In this document: in pieces, positions 53,632 to 64,000 of the stretch
How the letters are laid out: each line of letters begins with the position of its first letter
Position numbering within the stretch: position 1 is the stretch's first letter
NCBI GenBank assembly: GCA_963730185.1
Contig: CAVSQW010000007.1
Location: 416,001-480,000, forward strand
DNA length: 64,000 nt
Direction: 5' to 3'
Source of the DNA: an uncultured Gemmatimonadales bacterium
GTDB lineage: Bacteria > Gemmatimonadota > Gemmatimonadetes > Gemmatimonadales > GWC2-71-9
The notes under the pieces: generated by a model
What the model was told of the DNA's origin: nothing
The model's input: only the letters and a program-made list of their open reading frames with translations
Database searches by the model: none
Translations under genes and position numbers: made by a program

Positions 53632-55140
53632 ATGCAACTCGCGCGGCGCACGACTGGACTGGTGTTGGGCGGCCTGCTGCTCGGTGGGCTGGCGCACGAT
53701 CTCCAGGCCCAGCGGCGGGCCGACCCGCTCGCCGGCCTGGACGCTTACATCGAGAAGGTCCGGACCGACTGGGGCATACCGGGGATCGCGGTGGGGATCG
53801 TCAAGGGCGACTCCCTGATCTACGCCAAGGGCTTCGGCGTGAGGGAGGCCGGGAAGCCGGACCCGGTCGACCCGCGGACCCTGTTCGCGATCGGCTCCAA
53901 CACCAAGTCGTTCACGTCCACCGCGGCCGCGATGCTGGTCGACGAAGGGAAGCTCTCGTGGGACGACAAGGTCATCGACCGGTATCCCGGGTTCCGGCTC
54001 TACGATCCCTACGTGACCCGGGAGATCGCCATCCGCGACATCCTCTCCCATCGCTCGGGGCTGGGCCGGCGAGGTGACGCGCTCTGGTACGGGACCGGGT
54101 ACTCCCGCGACGAGATCATTCACCGGATCCGGTTTCTCAAGCCCAACGCGCCGTTCCGGACCGTGATGGGGTATCAGAACATCATGGTGATGACCGCAGG
54201 CGAGATCGTGGGGAAGGTGAGCGGTCTGGGGTGGGACCGGTTCATCCAGGATCGGATCTTCACGCCGCTCGGGATGACGGCCAGCAGCACCAGCGTGACG
54301 GCCCTCGCCGGCCAGCCCGACGTGGCCAGCCCCCACGCGATCGAGGACGGCAAGGTCCGGGTCATTCCCTACCGCAACGCCGACAACATCGCGCCGGCCG
54401 GCTCGATCAACTCGAACATCGTCGACATGGCCAGGTACGTCCGGATGCAGCTGGGCGACGGCACCTTCGAAGGCAAGAAGCTGGTGTCGGCCGGTAACCT
54501 CGGGGTGACCAAGACCCCGCACATCAACATTGGCGGGGTGGGCGACAGCCTGACCCACTTCACGTCGTACGGGCTGGGGTGGGTGCTGCTCGATTACCGG
54601 GGCCGGAAGATCGCCTGGCACAACGGCGGCATCGACGGCATGCTGTCGGAGATGTGGACCGTCCCCGACGAGAAGCTCGGGGTCGTCGTGCTGACCAACG
54701 CGTCGCCCCACGCCGCCGGCCCGCCGATCGTGCGGGAGATCATCGATCGATTCCTGGTCGGCAAAGGCACCAAGGACTACGAGGCGGAGGCCCTGGCCCA
54801 GGCCGCGCGGCAGCGGTCGTTCCAAGAGGCCCAGGAGAAGAAGTTCGAGACGGAGCGAGTCCCCAACACCACGCCATCGCTTCCCCTGGAACGGTACGTC
54901 GGGACCTATGCCGACTCGCTTTACGGCGACGTGTCGGTCTCGCTCGACCAGGGGAAGCTGGCGCTCCACTACACCAACTTCACCACCCCGCTCGAGCACT
55001 GGCACTTCGACACCTTCCGGGGCGTGCCAGGCGAGGGGAGCCAAGGCAAGGTCTTTGTCACCTTCCAGCTCGACTCCCAGGCCAAAGTGGCAAAGCTGGT
55101 GGTCGACGGCTTGGACGACTTCGAGCGGAAGCAGCCCTAA
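53632..55140 (+). CDS. Secreted serine hydrolase (beta-lactamase family) with C-terminal DUF3471-like domain
   Basis: FAIGSNTK, LSHRSG, YQN, HNGG, YVGTY..SLYG. Confidence 0.9.
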   Translation: MQLARRTTGLVLGGLLLGGLAHDLQAQRRADPLAGLDAYIEKVRTDWGIPGIAVGIVKGDSLIYAKGFGVREAGKPDPVDPRTLFAIGSNTKSFTSTAAAMLVDEGKLSWDDKVIDRYPGFRLYDPYVTREIAIRDILSHRSGLGRRGDALWYGTGYSRDEIIHRIRFLKPNAPFRTVMGYQNIMVMTAGEIVGKVSGLGWDRFIQDRIFTPLGMTASSTSVTALAGQPDVASPHAIEDGKVRVIPYRNADNIAPAGSINSNIVDMARYVRMQLGDGTFEGKKLVSAGNLGVTKTPHINIGGVGDSLTHFTSYGLGWVLLDYRGRKIAWHNGGIDGMLSEMWTVPDEKLGVVVLTNASPHAAGPPIVREIIDRFLVGKGTKDYEAEALAQAARQRSFQEAQEKKFETERVPNTTPSLPLERYVGTYADSLYGDVSVSLDQGKLALHYTNFTTPLEHWHFDTFRGVPGEGSQGKVFVTFQLDSQAKVAKLVVDGLDDFERKQP

Positions 55141-55155
55141 GCGACCGCGCGGGGC

Positions 55156-56421
55156 TCAGCCCCGGGTCGACAGGAACCGCGCGGCCAGGTCGTACACCCC
55201 GTCCAGCTCGGACGGGGTGACGCAGAAGGGCGGTAACAGGTAGGCCACATTGCCGAGCGGCCGGATCAGGACGCCCGCCTCGAGGGCGAAGGCGGCGAGC
55301 TCGCGCCCGATCGGATCGAGGTAGCCGCCGGGGCCGGTCAGGTCGAACGCGGCGATGGTGCCGAGCACCCGGGGGGAGGACACGGCCCGGTGAGTGGCCA
55401 GGCGGGCCAAGCCCCGCCGGTGGGCCGTCCCGATCGCCGCCCGGCGTTCGGCGCACCTCGCGTCGAGCAGTCCGAGGCTGGCCCGAGCCGCCGCGCAGGC
55501 GAGCGGGTTCGCGGTGAAGGAATGGCCGTGGAAGAAGGTGCGCCGGCGGTCGTCGCTGACGAAGGCCTCGAAGATGGTCTCGGTCGCCGCCGTGGCGCCG
55601 AGCGGCAGGAAGCCGGCGGTGAGCCCCTTCGAGAGACACATCAGGTCGGGCGACACGCCGGCCCCGCCACACGCGAAGAGCGGCCCGGTCCGCCCGAACC
55701 CGGTCAGCACTTCGTCGGCGATGAGCAGCACTCCCTGATCCCGGGTCAGCGACCGGATGGCTCGGAGGGTCTCGGTCGGCCACATCCGCATCCCGCCCGC
55801 GCCCTGGAGCAAGGGCTCCACGATCACCGCCGCCAGCTCGTCGCCGCGCCGCTCGATCAGCGCGGTGAGCGCCCCGACCACGTCGCCCTCCACCGGGTCG
55901 GGCAGCCGGGCCACCTCGAAGAGCTGGGGTTCGAAGGCCGCGGTGAACAGTCCCCGGCCGCTGGCACTCATCGCCCCGAAAGTGTCGCCGTGATAGGCGT
56001 TCTCGAGCGCCGCGATCAGCGGGCGGGGGCGGCCCCGGTTGCCCCAGTACTGGAGCGCCATCTTCACGGCCACCTCGACCGCGGTCGAGCCGTCGTCCGA
56101 AAAGAAGACCCGGGTCAGGCCGTCGGGCAGGCGGGGGACCAGCTCGGCCGCGAGGCGGGCGGCGGGCTCGTGGGCGAACCCGGCGAAGATCACCTGCTCG
56201 AGGGTCCGGGCCTGCCGGGCGATGGCGTCGGCGACCACCGGATGGGCGTGGCCGTGGAGGGTGACCCACCAAGAGGAGATCGCGTCGAGGATCCGGCGGC
56301 CGTCCTCCCGGTAGAGGTAGGCGCCATCGGCCCGCACCACGGGTACCGGCGTGGGTCCCAACCCGTGCTGCGTGTACGGGTGCCATCCGTGCGCGCGGTC
56401 CAGGGCCGGCCAGTCGCTCAT
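55156..56421 (-). CDS. bioA: Adenosylmethionine-8-amino-7-oxononanoate aminotransferase
   Basis: WHPYTQ, DAISSWW, GSTAVEVAVKMA, YHGDT, SKGLT, HGHSFTAN. Confidence 0.95.
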   Translation of the reverse strand: MSDWPALDRAHGWHPYTQHGLGPTPVPVVRADGAYLYREDGRRILDAISSWWVTLHGHAHPVVADAIARQARTLEQVIFAGFAHEPAARLAAELVPRLPDGLTRVFFSDDGSTAVEVAVKMALQYWGNRGRPRPLIAALENAYHGDTFGAMSASGRGLFTAAFEPQLFEVARLPDPVEGDVVGALTALIERRGDELAAVIVEPLLQGAGGMRMWPTETLRAIRSLTRDQGVLLIADEVLTGFGRTGPLFACGGAGVSPDLMCLSKGLTAGFLPLGATAATETIFEAFVSDDRRRTFFHGHSFTANPLACAAARASLGLLDARCAERRAAIGTAHRRGLARLATHRAVSSPRVLGTIAAFDLTGPGGYLDPIGRELAAFALEAGVLIRPLGNVAYLLPPFCVTPSELDGVYDLAARFLSTRG

Positions 56422-57617
56422 CCGCCCTCCCGGAGGCTCAGCGCCAACGCCTCGACGAGCCGATGGACGTCTTCGGGCTCGTGCGCCGCCGATACCGTGA
56501 TCCGGAGGCGAGCCGTCGCCGCCGCCACGGTCGGGGGGCGAATCGCGCCCACCAGGAAGCCCCGGCTCCAGAGGGCCCGACCGAGCTGCATGGCCCGATC
56601 GGGGTCGCGGACCTGGACCGGCACGATGTGCCCGGCCAGTCGCGGGCTGATCGCAACCCCCGCCGCCGCCAGCCCGTCGGTGAGGAGCCGGGCGTTGCCC
56701 CAAAGCCGCTCGCGCCGCCACGGCTCCCGGTCGGCAATTGCCATCGCCGCGAGGGCGGCGCGAGCCAGGGCGGGTGAAGGTCCGGTGGTGAACACGAACG
56801 ACCTGGCCCGATTGAGAAGAAGCTGCCGGAGGAGCGGCGAGCCCGCCACGAAGGCGCCGGCGGTGCCGAAGGCCTTGCCGAGGGTGCCCACGGTCGCGGC
56901 GGCCGGGGCGGGAAGCTGCCAGTGGTCACCGCTGCCGCCGCCCGCGGGGCCCAGCACCCCGGTGGCGTGGGCGTCGTCGAGATAGATCGCGGCGTCGTAC
57001 TGCCGGGCCACGGCCACCAGGTCGGGGAGCGGGCAGAGGTCGCCGTCCATCGAGTAGACCCCCTCGACCACGATCAGCCGCCGCCGGAATCGGCCCTGAT
57101 CGGCCCGGAGCCGGGCTTCGAGCGCGTCCAGATCGTTGTGGGCAAAGATCCGCACCTCCGCCCGCGCCAACCGGCAACCGTCGACGATCGAGGCGTGGTT
57201 CAGGGCGTCGGAATAGAGACCGTCGCCGGCCCCGGCGAGGGCCGGCAGCGCGCCGACGTTCGCCGCGTACCCAGACGGAAAGAGGAGTGCCGCCTCGGTG
57301 CCCTTCCGTCGGGCGGCGTCGCGCTCGAGGGCCTCGTGGGCCTGGTGGTTGCCGGCGAGACTCCGCGATGCCGTGGCCCCGGCGCCGTCCTGCCGGAGGG
57401 CCTCGACCAGGGCCTGCCGAACCCGGGGGTCCGACGCCAGACCGAGGTAGTCGTTGGAGGAGAAGTCCACCACCGGTCGGCCGTCGACCGTCAGGTGGGG
57501 GCCGAGTCTCGGGCCGACCTCGCGGAGGGTCCGGAGCAGACCGGCCGAGGCCAGCTCGGTAAGCTCTCGCTCGAGCTCGGCGTCGAGGGCATGACCCGGT
57601 CCGGTCCGATCGGTCAT
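56418..57617 (-). CDS. bioF: 8-amino-7-oxononanoate synthase
   Basis: FSSNDYLGL, NHASIVDG, DDAH, TLGKAFG, IRPPTV; in a bio operon. Confidence 0.93.
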   Translation of the reverse strand: MTDRTGPGHALDAELERELTELASAGLLRTLREVGPRLGPHLTVDGRPVVDFSSNDYLGLASDPRVRQALVEALRQDGAGATASRSLAGNHQAHEALERDAARRKGTEAALLFPSGYAANVGALPALAGAGDGLYSDALNHASIVDGCRLARAEVRIFAHNDLDALEARLRADQGRFRRRLIVVEGVYSMDGDLCPLPDLVAVARQYDAAIYLDDAHATGVLGPAGGGSGDHWQLPAPAAATVGTLGKAFGTAGAFVAGSPLLRQLLLNRARSFVFTTGPSPALARAALAAMAIADREPWRRERLWGNARLLTDGLAAAGVAISPRLAGHIVPVQVRDPDRAMQLGRALWSRGFLVGAIRPPTVAAATARLRITVSAAHEPEDVHRLVEALALSLREGG

Positions 57618-58282
57618 CCGACGACCCATTCCGCCACCGGATCCAGCCGGGCCGTCTCGAGGGCGGCCGACGCGATCCGGTCCAGCCTGGCGATCCGGAG
57701 GTCGGGCGCGGTCCGGGCAATCGTGGCGGCGTTGTGTCCGGTCGAGGCGTCGGGCTCCGCCGGGGCGCTCAACACCAATCCCAGCACGGGGCGGTGGCGT
57801 CGGCCGATCTCGGCCAGGGTCAGCAGGGTGTGATTCACGGTGCCCAACTTGTCGGCGGCCACCAGGAGCAGGGTCGCGTCGAGCGCCGCCGCCAGCTCGA
57901 GGTGGCCCCAGGACCAGCTCAGGGGCGAGAGCAGCCCGCCCGCTCCCTCCACCAAGGTCACGTCGGCACCGTGGCCGAGACCGACGATCCGGCGGACCAA
58001 GGGCGCGAGGTCGACCGGCGCCCCGTCGCGCTCGGCCGCTTCGGCCGGGGCGATCGGATCGCGATAGCGGTGGAGCGCGTGTTGGGGCCCGTCCTGGCCG
58101 GCGGCCCGGGCGAGGACAGCGCCGTCCTCGCCGGCGGTCGGCGCCGGCTCGCAGCCCGACTCGAGCGGCTTGAGGGCGATCACCCGCCGCCCGAGGGCGC
58201 GAAGCGACCGGGTCAGGGCGGCGGTGACGATCGTCTTCCCGACACCCGTGTCGGTGCCGGTCACCAGGATGGTGCGCGACAC
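57614..58282 (-). CDS. bioD: Dethiobiotin synthase
   Basis: TGTDTGVGKT, KPLESG, VEGAGG, LGTVNHT. Confidence 0.95.
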   Translation of the reverse strand: MSRTILVTGTDTGVGKTIVTAALTRSLRALGRRVIALKPLESGCEPAPTAGEDGAVLARAAGQDGPQHALHRYRDPIAPAEAAERDGAPVDLAPLVRRIVGLGHGADVTLVEGAGGLLSPLSWSWGHLELAAALDATLLLVAADKLGTVNHTLLTLAEIGRRHRPVLGLVLSAPAEPDASTGHNAATIARTAPDLRIARLDRIASAALETARLDPVAEWVVG

Positions 58283-58288
58283 GGTCGG

Positions 58289-59281
58289 CTACGCGGCGGA
58301 GAGGGCGGCCACCTCGAACCCGGCGGCTTCGATCATTCGGAGGTCGGCCTCCCAGCCGGCGCCTGGCGTGGTCAGGTAGCCGTTGACGAACATCGAGTTG
58401 GCGGGCAGGAGGGCGAGTGGCTGGGCCCAGCCGAGGGTGACTTCGCGGCCGCCCGCGACTCGGATGTCCCGGGCCGGGTTGACCAGGCGCATCATCGCCA
58501 GGGCTCGTAGCGCGTCGGCCGGGGTCAGCCGCTCGGCGTTCGCCAGCGGGGTCTCGGGCCGGGGGTCGAGGAAGTTCACCGGAATCGACTCGACCTCGAG
58601 CTCCCGGAGCTCGAGTGCGAGCGCCACCCGGTCTTCAAGCGTCTCGCCCATCCCCATGATGCCGCCGCAGCACGCCTCCATGCCGGCCGCCCGGGCCCGG
58701 CGGACCGTGGCCACCCGGTCGTCGAAGTCGTGGGTGGAGCAGATGGCGGGGAAGTGGCGGCGGGACGTTTCCAGGTTGTGATTGAACCGGTCCACGCCGG
58801 CGGCCGCGAGCTCGGCGGCCTGCCCGTCGGTAAGGAGTCCGAGCGACGCGCAGATCTGGATGCCCAGCTCGGCCTTGATCCGCCGGGAAGCGTCGCAGAT
58901 CACTCCGAGGTCGCGATCGGACGGCCCTCGGGTACTGGTGACCATGCAGTACTTCACCGCGCCCCGGGCGTGCGCCTGACGGGCGCCGGCCACCAGCTCG
59001 TCCACCGTCTGCATCCGATAGCGGGGCACCGGCGACTGGTGGACGACCGACTGGCTGCAGAAGGCGCAGTCCTCGGGGCAGAGGCCGCTCTTGGCGTTCT
59101 GGAGGACGTGGATCCGAACCTCACGCCGATAGTGCTGGTAGCGAAGTCGATAGGCGGCCAGGAGCAGCTCGATCAGCTCCGAATCGGGGGCCCGGAGCGC
59201 GGCCAGGGCATCGTCGGCCGTCACCGCGCCACCGTCGAGCACGCGATCGGCCAGAGCATTCCAATGGGACACGGCGGACAT
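58289..59281 (-). CDS. bioB: Biotin synthase (radical SAM)
   Basis: CPEDCAFCSQS, FNHNLET, CGGIMGMGE, RVAGGRE, YLTTPG. Confidence 0.96.
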   Translation of the reverse strand: MSAVSHWNALADRVLDGGAVTADDALAALRAPDSELIELLLAAYRLRYQHYRREVRIHVLQNAKSGLCPEDCAFCSQSVVHQSPVPRYRMQTVDELVAGARQAHARGAVKYCMVTSTRGPSDRDLGVICDASRRIKAELGIQICASLGLLTDGQAAELAAAGVDRFNHNLETSRRHFPAICSTHDFDDRVATVRRARAAGMEACCGGIMGMGETLEDRVALALELRELEVESIPVNFLDPRPETPLANAERLTPADALRALAMMRLVNPARDIRVAGGREVTLGWAQPLALLPANSMFVNGYLTTPGAGWEADLRMIEAAGFEVAALSAA

Positions 59282-59363
59282 GTCGGTGTGTCGCGAAGTA
59301 AGGGGATTCGACTTCCGACAAGGTAATCGGGACCCCGCGATTCGGACGACCGACGCGGCGAGG

Positions 59364-60866
59364 TCAGCCGGCGCCCGCGACCTGAAGGGCCGCGAGGGCC
59401 TGCACCTCGGCCGCGCGCTCCCGATCGGCGCGGACCAGCGTCGGCTCGGCCACCCGGTCCCGGCACGCCTTCGGATCGAGCGGACAGCGCTCGCAGGTGC
59501 TGCTGATCACCGCGTGGGGGATGGCCCGGTCGGCGGCGAAGCGGACGGTGCGTCGAAAGGTATCGTCCACCTTGAAGCCGATCGTCAGGCTGATGTTGCC
59601 CCGGGGGGCGAGCGCCGCCGGCTGCGAGAGACCGAGACAGAAGTAGTCGTCGGTCCCGTCCATGAAGCGGGAGACCTGGACCCCGAGCTTGGGGCCAGCC
59701 GGCCGGCGGGTGGCGCGGGCCTGCGCCTCGGCCAGCTCGGTCAAGAGCCGGGTGGTGAGCCAGCGCCGGCAGTAGTGCTCGCCGCCGCCGTATCCCGGCG
59801 GCACGGGCAGCTCGGAGAGGTTGAGCTGCTTGACGAGCTGATAGTCGCCGTCCCGGTCGACGAACTTGAGGAAGTGCACCTTGAGCCCGAACTCGCCGGG
59901 GGCGAGCTGGCTCAGGCGGTACATCAAGGTCTCCGCCGTCACGTCGTACTTGGCGAGGAGGTCGAGCAGGCTTCGAGGCCGCCAACGGGGCTCCCGAAAC
60001 AGCTTCTTGAGATCGGCGAGCAGCTGCCGGCGGGGAAGGAGGAGCGCGCCGGCGAAGTACGAGGTGCGGAAGTCGTTGAGCACCTGCTCGAACGACTCCT
60101 CCCGGTCGGGCGGTGACGCCAACGATCGCGGCGCGAGCTCGAGCCGCCGGTACCCGGCCTCCCGGGCCAGGATGAAGGCCGTCTGCGACGGCGTGAGAGC
60201 GGGGTTGAGGAGGAGCCGCGGCGGCGAACCCGCCAGGAGCACCGACCGGAGTCGCGCCAGCGGGCCGTGCTCGCCGAGCACCGTGTCGTCGATGGTGATG
60301 CCCAACTCCTGGCCGACCCACCGGCGGAGCGCCGCGAGGAGGCCCGGCCCCGGCACCCGAACGCCCAGCTCGGCCAGAAACGTCTCGGCCGCCACCTCGA
60401 GGTCGGGATAGTAGTTGCCGGTCAGCTCCTGCCAGGAGCGGAGCGACGCGCGGAGCAGGTGCTCCACCCCGATGTTGTACTGGTGGGCGATCTCGCTCAG
60501 GGTGCGGAGCAGGGCGGTGGTTTCGGTCGGGGAGCGGCTCAGCAGGTGGACCAGGTCCTCGCGGGGGAGGCCGAACCGCTCGAACGGGAACTCCCGGACC
60601 CCGGGCGACTCCAGGTAGCCGACCAGCGGCGCCAGCTCGGCGTCGACCTTGGTGGAGACCAGCTCGTCGAAGGAAGTCCCCAGCGCCGCGGCGAGGGCCA
60701 GCATCTTGTCGGCCCGGGGGAACTTCTTGCCCGCCTCGATCTCGGCCAGATACGACACCGATATCCCGGCCCGGGCCGCCAGGGCGCTCAAGGTGAGCCC
60801 CTGGGCCTGCCGGCGCCGGGCGGCCTTGATGCCGAACATGGTCTTGAGGTGGGCGGAGCTGGTCAC
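59364..60866 (-). CDS. XRE-family regulator with ImmA/IrrE-like domain (RamB/PrpR/ScfR type)
   Basis: N-terminal HTH (ISVSYLAEIEAGKK), FILARE, SYFAGALLLP, C-terminal CERC...C; divergent from aceBA. Confidence 0.85.
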   Translation of the reverse strand: MTSSAHLKTMFGIKAARRRQAQGLTLSALAARAGISVSYLAEIEAGKKFPRADKMLALAAALGTSFDELVSTKVDAELAPLVGYLESPGVREFPFERFGLPREDLVHLLSRSPTETTALLRTLSEIAHQYNIGVEHLLRASLRSWQELTGNYYPDLEVAAETFLAELGVRVPGPGLLAALRRWVGQELGITIDDTVLGEHGPLARLRSVLLAGSPPRLLLNPALTPSQTAFILAREAGYRRLELAPRSLASPPDREESFEQVLNDFRTSYFAGALLLPRRQLLADLKKLFREPRWRPRSLLDLLAKYDVTAETLMYRLSQLAPGEFGLKVHFLKFVDRDGDYQLVKQLNLSELPVPPGYGGGEHYCRRWLTTRLLTELAEAQARATRRPAGPKLGVQVSRFMDGTDDYFCLGLSQPAALAPRGNISLTIGFKVDDTFRRTVRFAADRAIPHAVISSTCERCPLDPKACRDRVAEPTLVRADRERAAEVQALAALQVAGAG

Positions 60867-60907
60867 CCGGAGGCCTCCAGTGGGGCGATGGTCATGCCGG
60901 AATCTGC

Positions 60908-60976
60908 TTTCGCCGCCAGCGAAAATCAACGTTTAGCGAAATTTCGCTTGACACCGCCCTCCGGGTCGGCTAGGGT
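60908..60976 (+). promoter_or_regulatory. aceBA sigma70 promoter with palindromic operators
   Basis: TTGACA(60948)-17 nt-TAGGGT(60971); perfect palindrome AGCGAAATTTCGCT at 60935-60948; TTTCGC-N5-GCGAAA at 60908-60924. Confidence 0.75.
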
Positions 60977-61091
60977 TCGAGGGCAGGCGTCGCGGCGGCC
61001 GGGTGGTTCCGACGCGCACGGGGCTTGCACTGGCGCTCGGGAGACCCGCGCGGCGGGCCGAACCTCCTGACTTCTCGACGACAGGCAGACG

Positions 61092-62660
61092 ATGACCAGA
61101 ACCACGCTGAGCCGCTTCGGCGTCGACTCCAACACCGCGCCGGTCGAGCTCGATCCCCGTCGGGATCTGCCGGCCGGGTTCTTCGATCGCTATCTGGAGC
61201 TCCACCGGGAGTTCGCTCCCCGGCAGCGGGCGCTGGTCGAGGCGCGTCGCCGGGTGCTCGCGGCCGCGCATCAGGGGAACCGACCCGATCACCTGCCGCC
61301 GTCGCCGGCCACGACCGGTGACTGGCGGATCACGCTGCCCGAGTGGTGTCAGGACCAGCGCAACCAGATGACCGGCCCGGCCGACGACGGCGAGCTGGTG
61401 GTCAAGATGCTCAACTCGGGTGCTCCCGGGGTCATGATCGACCTCGAGGACTCGATGGCCAACGAGTGGGCCACTCTGATGCGGGGCCACGCCAACGCCG
61501 TCGAGGCGCTCCACGGGACGTTGGGGTACGACGACGCCAAGCGCGGCGGCCGGGTCACCATCAAGCCCAGCTCGACCGTGATCTGGGTGCGGGTCCGCGG
61601 TCTCCACCTCTCCCAGGGCGGGATCGTCCCGGACGATCTCACCTCGGCATCGCTCTTCGACGTGGCGCTGCTGGTGGAAAACATCGATCCTGCCCGCCTC
61701 CGTCACCCGCTGGCGATCTACATCCCCAAGTCCGAGTCGGCCGAGGAGGCCGCCTGGTGGCGGGAGGTGTTCCAGCGGCTGGCCCAGAGCAAGGGACTGC
61801 CCGCCGACTACATCAAGTGCATGGCCCTGGTCGAGGCGCATCCGCTGGCCTACCAGATGGAGGAATTCATCCACGGCCTGCGTGACCACATCCTGGGGCT
61901 CAACCTCGGGCGCTGGGACTACATGGCGAGTCTCATCCACTTCAACCTGCGGGACCCGGAATGGGTGTTGCCGAACCGCAACACGATTCCCCATGACGTG
62001 GCGTTCTTCCAACGGTTGCGGGTCCTGATGCCGGAGCTCTGCCACAAGCGGGGCGTCCTCGCCATCGGGGGGATGACGGCGCTCTACCCGAGCCGGGTTG
62101 ACCCCGAGCTCAACGCCCGAGCGCTCGCCGCGCTGGAGAAGGACAAGAAGAACGAGGCCGACGCGCTGATGGACGGCGCGTGGACGGGCCATCCCGACCA
62201 GAACGAAATCGCCGTGAGTCAGTTCCCGGCTCCCAACCAGGGGTTCAGGCGCCCGGCTGGGATCGAGCGCTATCCGGACCTCCGGCCGGTGCCCCGCGGG
62301 GTGGGCTCGCGGACGGTGGCGGGCTCCCGGGCGGCCGCCCGGGTGACCATTCAGTACCGGGCCGGCGTGTTGAGCGGCCGCGGGGCCAGCCTGATCGAAG
62401 GGTACATGGAGGACCTCGCCACCGATCGGATCTACCGGTTGATGCTGGCACAGAGGGTGCTTCATCGCGATCAGGTCGAGATCCTGGACGACGCGGGTCA
62501 GCCGGCTCCTCACACGCCGGCGTTCCTCACGCATTTGTACGACGAGGAGCTCGCCGGCCTGCTCGAGCACTGTACCGACGAGGCGGAGCGCGAGCTCTAC
62601 CGCACGGCCCGCCGCGAGAGCGAAGCGATGATCATCGACGGACGTCACGATCCGGTTTGA
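61092..62660 (+). CDS. aceB: Malate synthase (type A-like)
   Basis: [43 protein letters not shown]; upstream of aceA. Confidence 0.9.
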   Translation: MTRTTLSRFGVDSNTAPVELDPRRDLPAGFFDRYLELHREFAPRQRALVEARRRVLAAAHQGNRPDHLPPSPATTGDWRITLPEWCQDQRNQMTGPADDGELVVKMLNSGAPGVMIDLEDSMANEWATLMRGHANAVEALHGTLGYDDAKRGGRVTIKPSSTVIWVRVRGLHLSQGGIVPDDLTSASLFDVALLVENIDPARLRHPLAIYIPKSESAEEAAWWREVFQRLAQSKGLPADYIKCMALVEAHPLAYQMEEFIHGLRDHILGLNLGRWDYMASLIHFNLRDPEWVLPNRNTIPHDVAFFQRLRVLMPELCHKRGVLAIGGMTALYPSRVDPELNARALAALEKDKKNEADALMDGAWTGHPDQNEIAVSQFPAPNQGFRRPAGIERYPDLRPVPRGVGSRTVAGSRAAARVTIQYRAGVLSGRGASLIEGYMEDLATDRIYRLMLAQRVLHRDQVEILDDAGQPAPHTPAFLTHLYDEELAGLLEHCTDEAERELYRTARRESEAMIIDGRHDPV

Positions 62661-62674
62661 CGGAGGAGGAACCA

Positions 62675-64000
<1,326 letters not shown>

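Noticed and set aside
56418..57617. bioF as a serine palmitoyltransferase serving the lipid operon
   Set aside because: It is translationally coupled within bioBDFA, so the biotin role is far more parsimonious.

Overview
Very GC-rich (roughly 70% by eye), gene-dense bacterial chromosomal window. The gene content (PadR plus ADOP permease, ECF sigma plus TPR Ser/Thr kinase, many secreted peptidases and lipoproteins) suggests Gemmatimonadota; this is an inference. Contents from left to right: a permease/PadR/ADOP block; a stand-alone tRNA-Ile(GAU); two MscS channels; an SDR; an internally deleted acyltransferase-SGNH relic; an FlgM-like microprotein behind a sigma28 promoter; secreted hydrolases; a tightly coupled 12-gene minus-strand operon (16874-27081) behind a sigma54 promoter and its own two-component system; an Lhr helicase; a signalling island (TPR kinase, ECF sigma, sigma54 activator, receiver-Ser/Thr kinase fusion, His kinase); a REC-REC-CheX protein behind a second, identical sigma28 promoter motif; MarR/VOC/aldolase/MFS genes; peptidases; bioBDFA; and a RamB-like regulator divergent from aceB-aceA. 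The best candidate for an undescribed system is the 12-gene operon. It combines the core of a CDP-inositol-type lipid cluster (HAD, NTP transferase, ITPK-like ATP-grasp protein, two CDP-alcohol phosphotransferases, flippase-like protein) with a dehydrogenase/aminotransferase pair and a PimA-like GT4 plus deacetylase. This suggests a signal-induced amino-cyclitol (glyco)phospholipid pathway. Several genes carry single-base frameshifts that look like consensus errors. No integrase, transposase, CRISPR array or rRNA was seen. All family assignments come from motif recognition by eye, not from database searches.
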